Translations under genes and position numbers: made by a program | Notes under the pieces: generated by a model | Seen by the model: the letters and a program-made list of their open reading frames with translations, nothing else | Told to the model about the DNA's origin: nothing | Databases searched by the model: none | Part shown: positions 42,048 through 53,213 of the stretch, one piece after another | Numbering within the stretch: position 1 is the first letter of the stretch | Layout of the letters: each line of letters begins with the position of its first letter | Assembly: GCA_008690995.1 (NCBI GenBank) | Contig: VRMN01000001.1 | Coordinates: 2,604,001 to 2,668,000, forward strand | From: Porphyridium purpureum | Lineage: Eukaryota | Direction of reading: 5' to 3' | DNA length: 64,000 nucleotides

Positions 42048-43205
42048 TTATTTGTTCAGTTGCACGATCCCGGCACGCTCCAGTTGCACAAGGCGTTCCC
42101 ACACCATGATGGCCTCATCCGCAAAGCTGAACGCCTTGCGGTCGGCCATTCGCGCCTCGAGGACTTCTCGCGAAACAGTTTCAACCGCGAGCACTTCCTC
42201 GGGGTTCCTTGTCTCTTGCACGTCACTGAAATTACCCAGAGCAATGTAGACTTCGACCACACAATTCACGCTGGGCGACGCAACGATGCAACGATCGACT
42301 TTGCGAATTCTAGCGTCCGAGACTCCCAACTCCTCGGAAATCTCACGGATCGCCGCCATGGTCTCGTCCTCACCGCCACGCACTGCACCAGCGACGAACA
42401 CGTCCCACGCGGCTGGAGCGCGTGCTGAGCCCGCCGCGCGCTGCAACAATGCAATCTCTCTGGACTTGCGGTCGCGACACAGGATGGCCACACAGCGATG
42501 CAAGACACGATTTTCGCGCACAAGCCACCGTGGCAGCACGAGGATGGAAGTGCCGTTGTCTGCAACCACGTCGATCATCTCGCCCACGTCAGACTCGACG
42601 AGCCCGTCTGCGGCGGCGCCGAGGACGTCGCTGCCATTTCCCTCGCGCTCGCCCTGACGTTCCATCAGCAAAGACAGCAATGCTTGTGTGTTAATGGACG
42701 AACGAGAGTTCTTGAAGCCGAGTGCACCGCAGCAGGCCTGCATGAGCACGCAGAAAATGGCCAAGGCGTACTCATCATCCAAGGCGGTATTTTCCAGCAC
42801 AATCTCGGCTGTGTCCTGCGCTCCAGCAGCCTCACAAATCATACCGCGCAGAAGTGGAGCGGCCTCGAGCCGAGTTCCGTCGTCCAGTGCAGGTGCCCGT
42901 GTGACGATCCACCGCTCTGATCGCCCCGGCCCGACTTGCTCCCTTCGGAATACCAGGTCCTTAACCATCGTTTGCACTTCATGGACCTCATTCAGCTCCG
43001 TCGCCACCAATCTTCTCGTTCCGGCCCCCGCACTCGCGGCGCAAGCCGCAATGTGCGCACCTGGCCGACGGCGTGTGCGTAGAGAAGCGCCCAAGGCTGG
43101 GCGCCCAGTCAAACACCATGTGCGGCAGCCGCGCGGCTCACATGTCGCCACGGCTGCAGCCGTGGCCGCCGGCAACGGAGATACCCAGGCCGATGTCATG
43201 GACAT
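42048..43205 (-). CDS. Nudix hydrolase (YfcD/IDI-like fold), probably plastid-targeted
   Basis: Nudix box GAVRGGEDETMAAIREISEELG, VLHRCVAIL and QRA....P..WD. N-terminal MSMTSAWVSP transit-like peptide. Confidence 0.8.
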   Translation of the reverse strand: MSMTSAWVSPLPAATAAAVATCEPRGCRTWCLTGRPALGASLRTRRRPGAHIAACAASAGAGTRRLVATELNEVHEVQTMVKDLVFRREQVGPGRSERWIVTRAPALDDGTRLEAAPLLRGMICEAAGAQDTAEIVLENTALDDEYALAIFCVLMQACCGALGFKNSRSSINTQALLSLLMERQGEREGNGSDVLGAAADGLVESDVGEMIDVVADNGTSILVLPRWLVRENRVLHRCVAILCRDRKSREIALLQRAAGSARAPAAWDVFVAGAVRGGEDETMAAIREISEELGVSDARIRKVDRCIVASPSVNCVVEVYIALGNFSDVQETRNPEEVLAVETVSREVLEARMADRKAFSFADEAIMVWERLVQLERAGIVQLNK

Positions 43206-44276
43206 GGTGCGCGTCGAGAATGCTTGCTTCTGTCGCACGTCAAGACGCAACCGTTCGCAAGCACTGCCGCCACGCTGCCAATGAACGCCGTAATCTCGTG
43301 AAGATTTTTGCTGTCGCGGAGGTTTTGTGTGCGCACGCGTGGCGAGCGTGCGCGGAACCGTGCGCTGTACCAAGTAAAGTCTCAGCTGTACCTCTCCACC
43401 AGTTCGACGGTTCGAATCGCGTTTCGTTTGGTTCTTCTCATTTGGGTCGTGCTCGCCGCGAAAGCCGAAGCGCGCCGTCTGCACGCGAGCCACAGAGTTT
43501 TTCCAAGACAGTGACTTGCGTTTAAGAAACTTGCCGCCCAGACTCCACCCTCGCCGAACACGGTATGATTCACGATTTCTTTGTTTTATTTCTCCTGATG
43601 CCTCCACAAATAAACAGCGCAAGTTACCGCCTCGTGTTTTCCTCGGCCATCGCGTCTTGCTCCCTTCCCTCTACCATGCATGCCGACGATACAGCCGCAG
43701 AAGGGCGTAGAAACAGATCACCCTTCAACTTGGCGACACGTTGCAGTGCGATGGGGCGAGTGCCAAAACAGAGACCAGACGTCCGAAAATCCGCTCAAGA
43801 TCTCGTCTTCGACACCACCGCGAGTCCACCGTAGAGCAACCTGACACGCACAGGCCCACTGCCTGGTCCCGTCCGCGGCAATCTTCCCAAGAGACACACG
43901 AAAGGATGGCTCAAGCGGCCGCAACCCAACACCAAAAACGAACGTGCTGGATGACAGTTTTCGGAGTCCGCAAAAATCAAGCCACCTGGAACACACGCAT
44001 TCACGGAATCCAAGCCAATCGAGGATTGGCGGGGAAGAGCGATCAGAGCAGGCGCCGGGATCGCGAGAGCAAAGTACTCGCAGTAGATCCGGGAACGAAG
44101 ACACCGAGGCTGCCAAGTCGGGAGCAAAAGTCAAAGCGAGATGCAACAACAAACAAAACAAGCATAGAAGAAAGAGCAATGAAGCAGGAAACGATTTGCG
44201 CTGAGCAGTCAATGAAAAAGAAAGTAGCTGGAATAGATCAAGCTGAAATTACAAATGAAAAAGGGACGATCCATTT

Positions 44277-45257
44277 TCAAGCAATCACACAGCAACCACC
44301 CTTCTTCTCACCCCCGCCCTGCTTGCCGCCTTGCCCTCCTTGCTGCTGCTGCTGCTGTTGCTTCGGCGGGCCGCGGATAACTCGAATGTTATTCATTGTC
44401 TCTTCGTCGTCGCCGACCGTAGGGTGTCGTGTGCTGTGCCGCCATTCACCATCAACGATGAATTTGAACTCGTGCGTGCCCGTCGGCACCGGTGTCACGA
44501 CCGACCACATGCCTCCACCTTCGTGGTACATCTGCACGGGCATCCAGCCGTTCCACGATCCAGACAGCTTGACGTCATTTTCCGCACCGTCAGCCCACAC
44601 AAACTCGGTCTTCACCATAACTTCTTCCTCTTCGTCTGGGCGCTCGTAAGTTCCGTGCATGACAGGCACGTCACCGCCTCCTCCGCCGGCCATTGCCATG
44701 CCTGCACCCCCTGCGGCCATGGTTGTGGTCGCTCCCATAGGCTCGGGCTCTTCAACAAACTCTGCGTCCGGTACCATTTCGTCCTGACGCATGGCCTCGG
44801 CTTCCATAGTCTCGGCTTCCATGGGCTCCGCAGCCGGCGGCGGTGGCGGAGGTGCCATTTCCTCATCCATTTCCATACCCGGCGGTGGTGGTGGCTATGG
44901 AAAGTCAAGCACACGTTCACAACAGGATCCACGACACACATGCACACAAAACAAAAAAACGGGTCCACATAAAGATGAGACAGAAAAGAAAAGGAGATCA
45001 ACTAGTCAGCAAAACCATTCCGCGCGCGCGAGCGAACACAACTTGCGGGCCGAAAGGCCCAAAGACTCCTAGCCGAGATAGAAAGGTCCTTGAACCTTCC
45101 TTCGCTTCCTCTCCTCCGATCATCTCGGCGTTCTCCATCGCGCAAAATCCAAACAAGGTAGCAAGCAAGCGCGAGCGCAACGTACCGGTGGCGGTGCTAC
45201 TTCGCCGCCCATCATGGGCGGCGGCGGCGGCGGCGGCGGAGGCGCAAGTTCAGCCAT
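44277..45257 (-). CDS. CBM48 (AMPK-beta-type glycogen-binding) protein with C-terminal CaaX; two exons, 45257-45186 and 44894-44277
   Basis: FVWADGAENDVKLSGSWNGW...GTHEFKFIVDGEWRH and terminal KKGGCCVIA. Predicted phase-0 intron GTACG...TTGAC.TTTCCATAG (45185-44895) joins two poly-Pro segments in frame. Confidence 0.85.
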
Positions 45258-46254
45258 GATCGCACGTTTGCTCTTCTCTCCTCCCCTCTTCCCCCCCTTC
45301 CCCTACTTCCCGCCTTCCTTCCTACCCCGTCGCCACACCTTCTCTCTTTTCCTCCTCCCCTCTCTACCTTTGACCCTAGCGCCCTTCAGCGTGTGAGCGC
45401 CCAGCACGGCACGTCTGCACACCCAGGAAAAAGTGCCCACCTGCCTACCTTCCAAAAGACGACCTACTGCCCAACCCACCAGACTACTAGAACGCCTGCG
45501 TTTTAGTAGAGAACTTGCGCATGCTCGTATGGAGCAAGTGCGCCCGCGTGCATAGATGCGCGCGCCCGCCTCGCACTTTCGGTCTTCATAATCCAGCGTG
45601 TCTGTTTATAGCGAGCGGCCTCAAAAAAGCGGCTTGTGGTGGGTCTTGTCCGTTTCGATCCCACGAAATCATCCCCGTCTTGTGCGTACGGTCCTACCCA
45701 AAGCTCTCCGCTTTACTTGTTCCGCGTCAAGACACCACCTCCATAGCCACCACTAGCAACACTGCGCCACAAACCGTAACAAACACTCCCTTTGCGCTAT
45801 AGAAACAATGTCGGTTTACCACACTCCACATCGACACATCCTTGACCGCAGGTGTCACGTGTGCGCAGAAAATAGGAAAAGGTGGTGGGGGGGCGCTGTT
45901 TCCCGTTACGCGTTTATCCTACTTTTCCTACTTTTCCTATTTTTGTACCAGGCTTGCTGTAAGACCGTCTTTGCCGCGACGCGCTCTGGCTCCACACCGC
46001 GCCACATCGGACCGGGTCATCGCAAAGGATGCCGATGCAATTGCGCATTGCCGCCATTCCAGGCAAGAGGATCGGACTGTAGCTGTACACGCAGGTACAG
46101 CAGATTTTGGTTGTGTACAGTGACCATTGTGCCACGCACGTGTGGCGGACCAAATCGGATCTGGATGGAAGCCGTTGGTGGTGTGGTGCCACGGTGGACG
46201 GCAGCGTGTGTCGAGTGTGAGGCGGTCTGGTGAAGTTGCGGGGAGATAGGCAGC

Positions 46255-47151
46255 ATGGGAGTGGTCACGCTGCGCGCGACGCTGATAACGTCCAGCAAGG
46301 ACGTGCGCTTATGCGTGGTGGGTTCGTGCGACGCGTTGGGCGCCTGGCGCGTCGGCGACGCGGTGCCGCTCACGCCAGTGAACGAGTCCCAGTTTGAAGT
46401 CACGGTGGACGTTGAACAGCCGGCAGAGTACAAGTACGTGCTCTTGGACAAGTCGAGGCCAGGTCAGTTTAGGTGGGAAGACGGCGGCAATAGAAAACTG
46501 CACCCAGACGTCGGCTTTGTCAGCGACCCGCTGCAAGCGTGGGGCGTCAAATTCCGCGAGTGGGAGCACCACGAGCCTGGCTCGCTGAACCTGAACGACC
46601 CGGCGTACGAAGAGGGACGCTTCTTGCTTGTACCGCTCGCGTCGGGGGTCCTGCCGAGCGCGTACTCGCTCACACAAACCACGGCAAAGCAGTCGCAGGG
46701 CGCCCTGTCGGCTGTCACGGTGGCGTCGTCTGGTGAGAACAGCCCAGCCATATTCGCACGCTCGGGACCCGCGAGCGCAGCTGGTGTTGTTCCTGAAGAG
46801 CCTCTGCTCGTGGTCGAGAGCAACGACACAGAGCCAGCACCCTCGGCAGGTCCCAAGGACGGCGCACTATTGCCGCAGGAAGCCACACAGACCAGTGCTT
46901 CGGATGTAGATGAGACGCCCGCAGAGACCCAAACGATTCAAAGCAGCCGCGGAGAACCCTGGGCTGGGCCAGACGTTGCAGAGCCAGCAGCTGGGGAAGC
47001 GAAAAGCTTGGACAAGCCAACGTTGGAAGAACCTCGCGTTGCGGATTCAAGCGGGCCGATTATGGTCGGGGCTGCCGCCGCGGGCGCCGCTCTTCTCATT
47101 CTTTCTTGCTTCCTCCGGAGCGGGCCCAAGTTTGTTGCCAATCCGGTCTAA
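46255..47151 (+). CDS. CBM20 starch-binding protein with C-terminal transmembrane anchor
   Basis: VVGSCDALGAW....AVPL, EYKYV, WEDGGNR CBM20 signature. Acidic Pro-rich linker and hydrophobic tail IMVGAAAAGAALLILSCFL. Confidence 0.88.
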   Translation: MGVVTLRATLITSSKDVRLCVVGSCDALGAWRVGDAVPLTPVNESQFEVTVDVEQPAEYKYVLLDKSRPGQFRWEDGGNRKLHPDVGFVSDPLQAWGVKFREWEHHEPGSLNLNDPAYEEGRFLLVPLASGVLPSAYSLTQTTAKQSQGALSAVTVASSGENSPAIFARSGPASAAGVVPEEPLLVVESNDTEPAPSAGPKDGALLPQEATQTSASDVDETPAETQTIQSSRGEPWAGPDVAEPAAGEAKSLDKPTLEEPRVADSSGPIMVGAAAAGAALLILSCFLRSGPKFVANPV

Positions 47152-47417
47152 GACGTGCTTCTTCGCGCCCATCTTGCGCGGAAAAAATGGGCTTTGGACC
47201 ACACTGTGTCACATTTCTTGTTCATCATGGCAACATTTGCACCCTTTAAAGTCACGCGAACCACAAGCGCAGAGACGCTGCAGCAGCCCGAAAGTGCCCG
47301 GCATACAATCCAATCCAACTTTCTCAGGCGCCTAGGCTCTATCGTGTGAATAAAGGAACAGGGCGAGCGTCTCACGCGGCGCTTGGCTTGTATCAATTGG
47401 AATACCACTCCCTCGCG

Positions 47418-48509
47418 ATGCGCGTGTGTGTAGTCGGCGCCGGCGCTATCGGGGCTCTCCTCGGTGTGAAGATATGGCACGCGGCAGGCGGTGAGCACGC
47501 CGTGACCATGGTAGGGCGGGCAGGAAGTCACTTGTCTGCCATGCAGCGAGATGGGCTTCGTTTGTGTGGTGAAAGTGTAGCCGACGATGTGAGCGCCTCG
47601 GGGGATAATGGCGGTGAGATTTGTATGCGCACAGGAGAGCGCAACGCAGCATTCTTCTCGAGCTTGGAAGACGTGCCACAAAAGCAAGACGTGGTATTTC
47701 TGGCGCTGAAGGAGAACCAGCTCGCGCAAATCATGCCAGGCTTGCCAAGCGTGTCGCACGCGGAGACGGTGTATGTGACGCTGCAGAATGGCATTCCCTG
47801 GTGGTATTTCCAAATCTATTCGGGTCCGAATGAGTATGCGAACAAGGTGGTGGAGAGCGTTGATCCGCAGGGTGTGCTGTTCCATGGCATCGATCCATGC
47901 AGAGTGCTGGGCTGCGTAGTGTACCCTGCAGCTCGTAAGAAGGAGCCCGGCGTCGTTGAGCACGTAGAGGGCATCCGGTTCCCGCTCGGCGAGCTGGACG
48001 GCTCGCACTCGGAACGCGCAGAGCGGATCTCGCAGCTACTTGTCACAGCTGGCTTCAAGGCGCCCGTGGTAGAAGACATCCGTTCCGAACTGTGGCTTAA
48101 ATTGTGGGGCAGTCTCGCTTTCAACCCTATTTCTGCGCTGTGCCATGCTACGCTTGGGGAGCTGTGCACGTTTCCTCCTTCGCGCGAACTAGCCGTGCGC
48201 ATGATGCGCGAGGCAGAGCAGGTCGGCATCGCACTGGGCGCGTCCTTTCGAGTCCCGCTCGAACGCCGCCTCGATGGCGCGGCGAGTGTGGGTGCGCACA
48301 AAACATCCATGTGTGCGGACGTTGAGGCCGGGCGCCCGATGGAAGTCGATGCCATTATGGCAAGCGTCGTCGAGCTCGGCGCGCTCACAGGCGTGTTTAT
48401 GCCATCCGTCTCAGCCGTTTACGCGCTCCTTCAGCTGCTCAATCGTCAGCTGGATCAAGGCGTCTCCTTCCCTGCCGTCCCAGCGCCACTACCGGACCCA
48501 AAAATGTGA
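47418..48509 (+). CDS. panE: 2-dehydropantoate 2-reductase (ketopantoate reductase, ApbA/PanE family)
   Basis: MRVCVVGAGAIG, QNGIPWWYF, LWLKLWG..AFNPISAL and HKTSM..DVEAGRPME.D. Confidence 0.92.
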   Translation: MRVCVVGAGAIGALLGVKIWHAAGGEHAVTMVGRAGSHLSAMQRDGLRLCGESVADDVSASGDNGGEICMRTGERNAAFFSSLEDVPQKQDVVFLALKENQLAQIMPGLPSVSHAETVYVTLQNGIPWWYFQIYSGPNEYANKVVESVDPQGVLFHGIDPCRVLGCVVYPAARKKEPGVVEHVEGIRFPLGELDGSHSERAERISQLLVTAGFKAPVVEDIRSELWLKLWGSLAFNPISALCHATLGELCTFPPSRELAVRMMREAEQVGIALGASFRVPLERRLDGAASVGAHKTSMCADVEAGRPMEVDAIMASVVELGALTGVFMPSVSAVYALLQLLNRQLDQGVSFPAVPAPLPDPKM

Positions 48510-49398
48510 AAGTCGATAAATCGTGTATCGCCGCTTCTCACACAATTCATGGACACTTCCCCAGACGAACCAGAGATAAACGGTTCACATCTCGGAATCA
48601 GAACGTGACGTTTTGAACCTGTTTTGCGACGCTTTTTCACGGTTAACCTCGCGCCGAATTGACATGAACCGATACTGAAACCGTTTTGGCGGGCGCCACT
48701 TAACCGTGAAAACATTCGGTCAAACCGTTGAAGAGCACGCATCGAACGACAGAGCGAATATGCAGACCACACTGTGATGTGTGCGAAGATTGCGAAAATT
48801 TGGGGGCTGTCCGAGCATAAAGCAGCGCAGTATGCAGCGTAGCATTTCAGTGCAAAAGAGCGTCAGGCATCTCTGCGACGATCGAAGAGAAATGCACAGA
48901 CTTCCAACGAGTGGAGTCCACACGCGGACAAACGAAGGCGCCTGATCCTGCCTGAGGCGAAACTCTTCCAGAGCGCGCAGCGAGGTAGTGCTCGATAGAC
49001 CTTCGCTCCGGTGAATTCTCACGGCGTAAGAACCGAGCCTCGCACTCTTGTGCGGAACGCCCACGAACGATGTTGTTCAGATTGACTGCTCTTGAGAAAC
49101 CGTGCCTCGACACATTGACGGCACATGTTTATATGAAAGCGGCTTGGTTTTATAGAAGTTACGGTAAAAGCACATTGAAGATAACTGTACTTACGAACTC
49201 AAATACGTCATCTTTAAGAGGACAACGTTTCATTGCCAAAATAAAAGTACAGTGCATTCTGTCATCTGTCATCTGTCATCTTTGAACACGGGCGCGAGCT
49301 CAGGATGGATGTAGCTCGTGTGGAATGAGAAAGCAATTGTGGAGGAGGAAGGTGCGGACGAAACGCGCCGATCACAGCGCGTTGCGGTGGCATACAAA

Positions 49399-50643
49399 AT
49401 GGCGAATGTGAGCAGCGCGTTTGTGGCATGCCCAGGTATGCCTCGGCTAGGAGTGCGCAGCTCCTCCAATCGCGCGTGGCGAGATGTGGTGCGGTTTTCC
49501 CCGCCGATGTGTCGACGAGCGCGACCCATCGCCACGCCGCCGGTTCCTCGTTGTAGCAGTGTCGAGATGGACGAAGCGCTTTCTGAAACTGGTGAGCCGT
49601 CCTCCATGTCGTCGTCCGAGTCTGGGACAAAGAGGAAGCTGCGCGTGCTGTCGGGCGTGCAACCGACAGGCTCGCTGCATTTGGGCAATTACTTTGGCGC
49701 TATTCGAAACTGGGTTCTGACGCAACACCAGTACGAGTCTTTTTTCTGCGTTGTGGATATGCACGCGATCACAATGCCATACAAGGCTAAGGAGCTATCG
49801 GAGGTGACTTACAAAACCGCGGCGCTCTACCTTGCCGCCGGCATTGATGCCAACACGTCAAAAGTTTTTGTGCAGAGCCATGTTAAGGAGCACGCCGAAC
49901 TCACATGGCTGCTCAACTGTATCACGCCCATGAACTGGCTCGAGCGTATGATCCAATACAAAGAAAAGGCGCGGAAACAGGGCGAGAACGTTGGCGTCGG
50001 GCTGTTTGACTACCCAGTACTGATGGCGGCTGACGTGCTGCTCTACCAGACTGACGTGGTACCCGTAGGCGAAGACCAGAAGCAGCACATTGAACTGGCG
50101 CGAGATATTGCTCGCCGCTTCAACGACCAGTTTGCAAAGCGCGCGCGGCCGCGCGTCCTGAGGGAACCAAACCCGCTGATCCAAAAAGATGGTGCGCGGC
50201 TCATGTCCCTGGAAGACGGCACGAGCAAGATGTCGAAAAGTGCTGAAAGTGACTTTTCACGTATCAACCTGGACGATGATCCAAAGCTCATCGAGAAAAA
50301 AATCAAGCGCTGCAAGACCGACTCGCTGAAGGGGCTGACATATGACGACCCGAATCGACCGGAAGTACGCAATCTGCTCACCATTTATCAATTGTGCACA
50401 GGAAAGAGCAAGGAAGAGGTGATCGCAGAGTGTGCGGACATGAACTTTGGCACCTTCAAGCCACTGCTCACGGATGCCATTATTGAACACCTCTCTCCGA
50501 TTCAAAAGACTTACAATGAGCTGATTTTGGACCGCGCATACCTCGACGAAGTACTTACGAAAGGCGCCGCTGAGGCGCGCGAAGTCGCAGCTGCGACAGT
50601 AAGTGAGGTCAAAAAGTACATGGGCTTCACACAACCTCTTTAG
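49399..50643 (+). CDS. trpS: Tryptophanyl-tRNA synthetase, organellar (bacterial type)
   Basis: LSGVQPTGSLHLGNYFGA, YPVLMAAD, VPVGEDQKQH, KMSKS. N-terminal transit peptide MANVSSAFV. Confidence 0.96.
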   Translation: MANVSSAFVACPGMPRLGVRSSSNRAWRDVVRFSPPMCRRARPIATPPVPRCSSVEMDEALSETGEPSSMSSSESGTKRKLRVLSGVQPTGSLHLGNYFGAIRNWVLTQHQYESFFCVVDMHAITMPYKAKELSEVTYKTAALYLAAGIDANTSKVFVQSHVKEHAELTWLLNCITPMNWLERMIQYKEKARKQGENVGVGLFDYPVLMAADVLLYQTDVVPVGEDQKQHIELARDIARRFNDQFAKRARPRVLREPNPLIQKDGARLMSLEDGTSKMSKSAESDFSRINLDDDPKLIEKKIKRCKTDSLKGLTYDDPNRPEVRNLLTIYQLCTGKSKEEVIAECADMNFGTFKPLLTDAIIEHLSPIQKTYNELILDRAYLDEVLTKGAAEAREVAAATVSEVKKYMGFTQPL

Positions 50644-50900
50644 GGGGGGGGAAAAGGGCGCACAACGCTGCTATTTCTTTTAGTTACTTAGACAACGCAT
50701 ACAGAGCCTTGTATTATCCGGGTCAAGCAGTCGGCTTCGGCCTCAACCGCACAACAAAAATAGGAAGGTCCAGTATGATATTTCAGCGACCAAGCACAAG
50801 CGGGTCGTGGCCACAAATTTTCTCTTTCTCTCCGGGTGCTCATGGGGGCTTCGTACGACCCTCTTGCGTCCCCCAGGAGCCATGCGATGTGGATCCAGGC

Positions 50901-51338
50901 CTAATCCGAAATCTCACTGGCAAAGCGCTTGGCCTTCTCTTCTGGCGCCGCGGCGAATGAAGCCAGCACAGTGATGGCTATCGTCAGGAACAGCGACAGG
51001 AAGCCAAAGCCTTGTTCGAGTGGATTAAAATTATAGGTGATGGTGGAAAGCACCGCCACGACCGCGCTCCACCAGCACACGAAAAATATGCCTCCAAGCA
51101 ATTCCAGCGCACCGGGCACGACAAAAGGGTTATCCATTAGAATCCACAGAATTGAAAGCACCGCAAAGTATGCCGCGCTCACGGCGCCACCAGTGATAAT
51201 CCACGCGTTGACACCCGAGCACGCGGTACCAGGAAGACGCGAGCAGATATCGACCGTCTGACCCAACACCACGCTGCTCGACACGACGAGGGACACGCCA
51301 AGGAAAACCTTGGAACCCCACAAATTCTCTGTGAGCAT
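50901..51338 (-). CDS. Small four-TM (MARVEL-like) membrane protein
   Basis: Four hydrophobic helices, with a C-x6-C loop after TM1 and ELLGGIFFVCWW. Confidence 0.7.
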   Translation of the reverse strand: MLTENLWGSKVFLGVSLVVSSSVVLGQTVDICSRLPGTACSGVNAWIITGGAVSAAYFAVLSILWILMDNPFVVPGALELLGGIFFVCWWSAVVAVLSTITYNFNPLEQGFGFLSLFLTIAITVLASFAAAPEEKAKRFASEISD

Positions 51339-51742
51339 CTTTCTTCTCCTTTTTTCTCTTCTTCGCCAGCGACCTCTTCCTCGCGCCACACGGGTTCTCC
51401 TCTCAGTCTGCGTGGGCCTCAATTGCGCACGCACGCACGCACGCACAGCACTCAAGTGTCCGCCGCGCGCCGACAACATGATGTGCGCTCCGTTTTATAC
51501 CCATGCAGAGGTGCAAGGCCACTTGCATTCACGCGCAGACACACGCGCAAGTGAGATGCCCATCTTGTCTTCCAGGAGTTGTAGAACACGCGCGCACGCA
51601 CCAAGTCGCACGCACTTCTTGCTCGAACGCCCGCGTTTGGTGCGCCAGCTCGACGCGCGACGCAGCAAACGCTACACCGCGCGCCCACATCCGCAACTGC
51701 CATCCGGAACTGGCATCGAGCTCGCGCCCAATCGCGAGTGTA

Positions 51743-53213
51743 CAGTGAATAAGTATAAAGTGCGACCAGAATGGATAGGACCCCCCACAATTTTATACTC
51801 AATTTCAAAGTTTTATATTAAAAATAAAGTGTTTTAGTATGAAAAGGACAAGAAACGGAAGAAGGGCACGGAAAAAGGACAAAAAAGAGGGTCAAATAGG
51901 ATAGGACCCCCAACTTTGTGCGTGCAATTACGCAGCAAGGCGCAGGCGAAATCGACTCGGATTGCCTCCCACCTATGCACGCTGACGTTGCGCACATCTC
52001 CACATTCGATTTTCCACTGACAAATGCAGTATGTTGAAGCTAGCCAGCTCAACAGCGCCTTGCGCAGCAAAAACAGCACTCTTTAGCCGATCCACGGTCG
52101 CGTACTGCCTTTGGTCCCCAATAATCTTGCGGTCTGTATTCCTCAGACGTTGGCAACCATGCTGAAGTCTGAAAAGTACTCAAACCACTCCATAATGTGG
52201 ACATGGCTGCTTCGAAAATGCTGCCTTCTTGGTCAGTAGTTTGCCGCTTCGTATTTTCTTTCACCCATATGAAGCCATGGTTCTCTAAATCGCGGCATTT
52301 CTGAAGCTTCTCTTTGCCCTGCAACATGAGCACGTACCTATCTGCACTCACTCTGCCTTCACCAATGTGCAAACAAAAACGTCTACAGCTCAAAAGTTTG
52401 CCCCAGATCATGATGCTTCCCCCGCAGTATAATTAGACCAGCACGAATGAGTATCGTCCACCGCATTTGACCAGGCGGCGTGAAAGACATCTGAGCACAT
52501 CGAAATCGAACATTTTCTCGTCAGAAGAAACAATCTTTTTTCATTTCTCACAGAACGACGTTTGAGCTCTGGCACAATCAAGTCTTGCTAGCTTTCGGTC
52601 GAGTGTCAAAAAACAGATTATTCACCACACGATGGAAAGCATATTGCTGGTGCATTGCGCTCCGGACTGTGGTCCATGATGCAACAGTTTTTCCTCCGCA
52701 GGAGCAGATCCTCGGCTAGTAGTCACGCTTTTTGAAAAGCTCGCTCAAACTTTCACTGTTCATGATCCTTTCGACAACGGCCGGCGTGAGCTTAGACGGG
52801 TTGGTGGAAGTGTACTTGAGACTGTAGGCATCAGTACCAGCTGAGAAGCGGCGAATTGCGCTACCGGGGCGGTTTATCTTACGCGATATTCCCTACAGAG
52901 CGTCGCATGCTGCCTTGAAGGCCAAAATGGCTCTTTTTCCGCGCTCTGAGAGTCCGCATTTGCGTCGCATGGTACCTGGGCGATGGTGTCGCAGATGAGC
53001 GCACACGAAGATCAAAATTCGTGCCGCCTGTCCACGCGCAGCCTTGGATTGTCGCTGATATTGTTCCCGGTCCTATCCTTTTTGTGCGCGCTTTTCACTG
53101 TACCTCCAGTGGAGAACACCGCCTTACATAGTAAAACGATCGAATTTATTATAAAGTCCAGAAAAACTTGGGTGGGTCCTATCCTATTTGTCCGCACTTT
53201 AGTTTCTATGATG
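51743..53213 (-). mobile_element. Decayed Tc1/mariner (Tc3-like) DNA transposon
   Basis: Imperfect ~50-bp TIRs sharing TAAAGTGCG...GGATAGGACC, flanked by TA (51741-42 and 53214-15). Internal copies of GGATAGGACC at ~51899 and, inverted, ~53069. The right boundary could instead be 53100 or 53227. Confidence 0.8.
51973..52970 (-). pseudogene. Tc3-like transposase pseudogene
   Basis: Fragments MRRKCGLSE...ISRKINR (cf. Tc3 MSRKISR), IVSSDEKMFDFD (cf. VFSDEKKFNLD), GSIMIWG, IMEW..FSDFSMVANV*GI (cf. WPARSPDLNPIENLWGI) and YATVDRLK. Several stops and frameshifts. Confidence 0.82.

Noticed and set aside
42048..43205. Isopentenyl-diphosphate isomerase call for the Nudix gene
   Set aside because: It lacks the catalytic Cys motif (WTNxCCSHP) and has WDVFVAG instead.
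43741..44649. 302-aa plus-strand ORF and many similar antisense ORFs across the window
   Set aside because: Shadow frames of GC-rich genes or UTRs, with no domain evidence.
44277..44876. AMPK/SnRK1 beta subunit call
   Set aside because: There is no C-terminal ASC/AMPKBI domain and no N-myristoyl Gly. The protein ends in CaaX.
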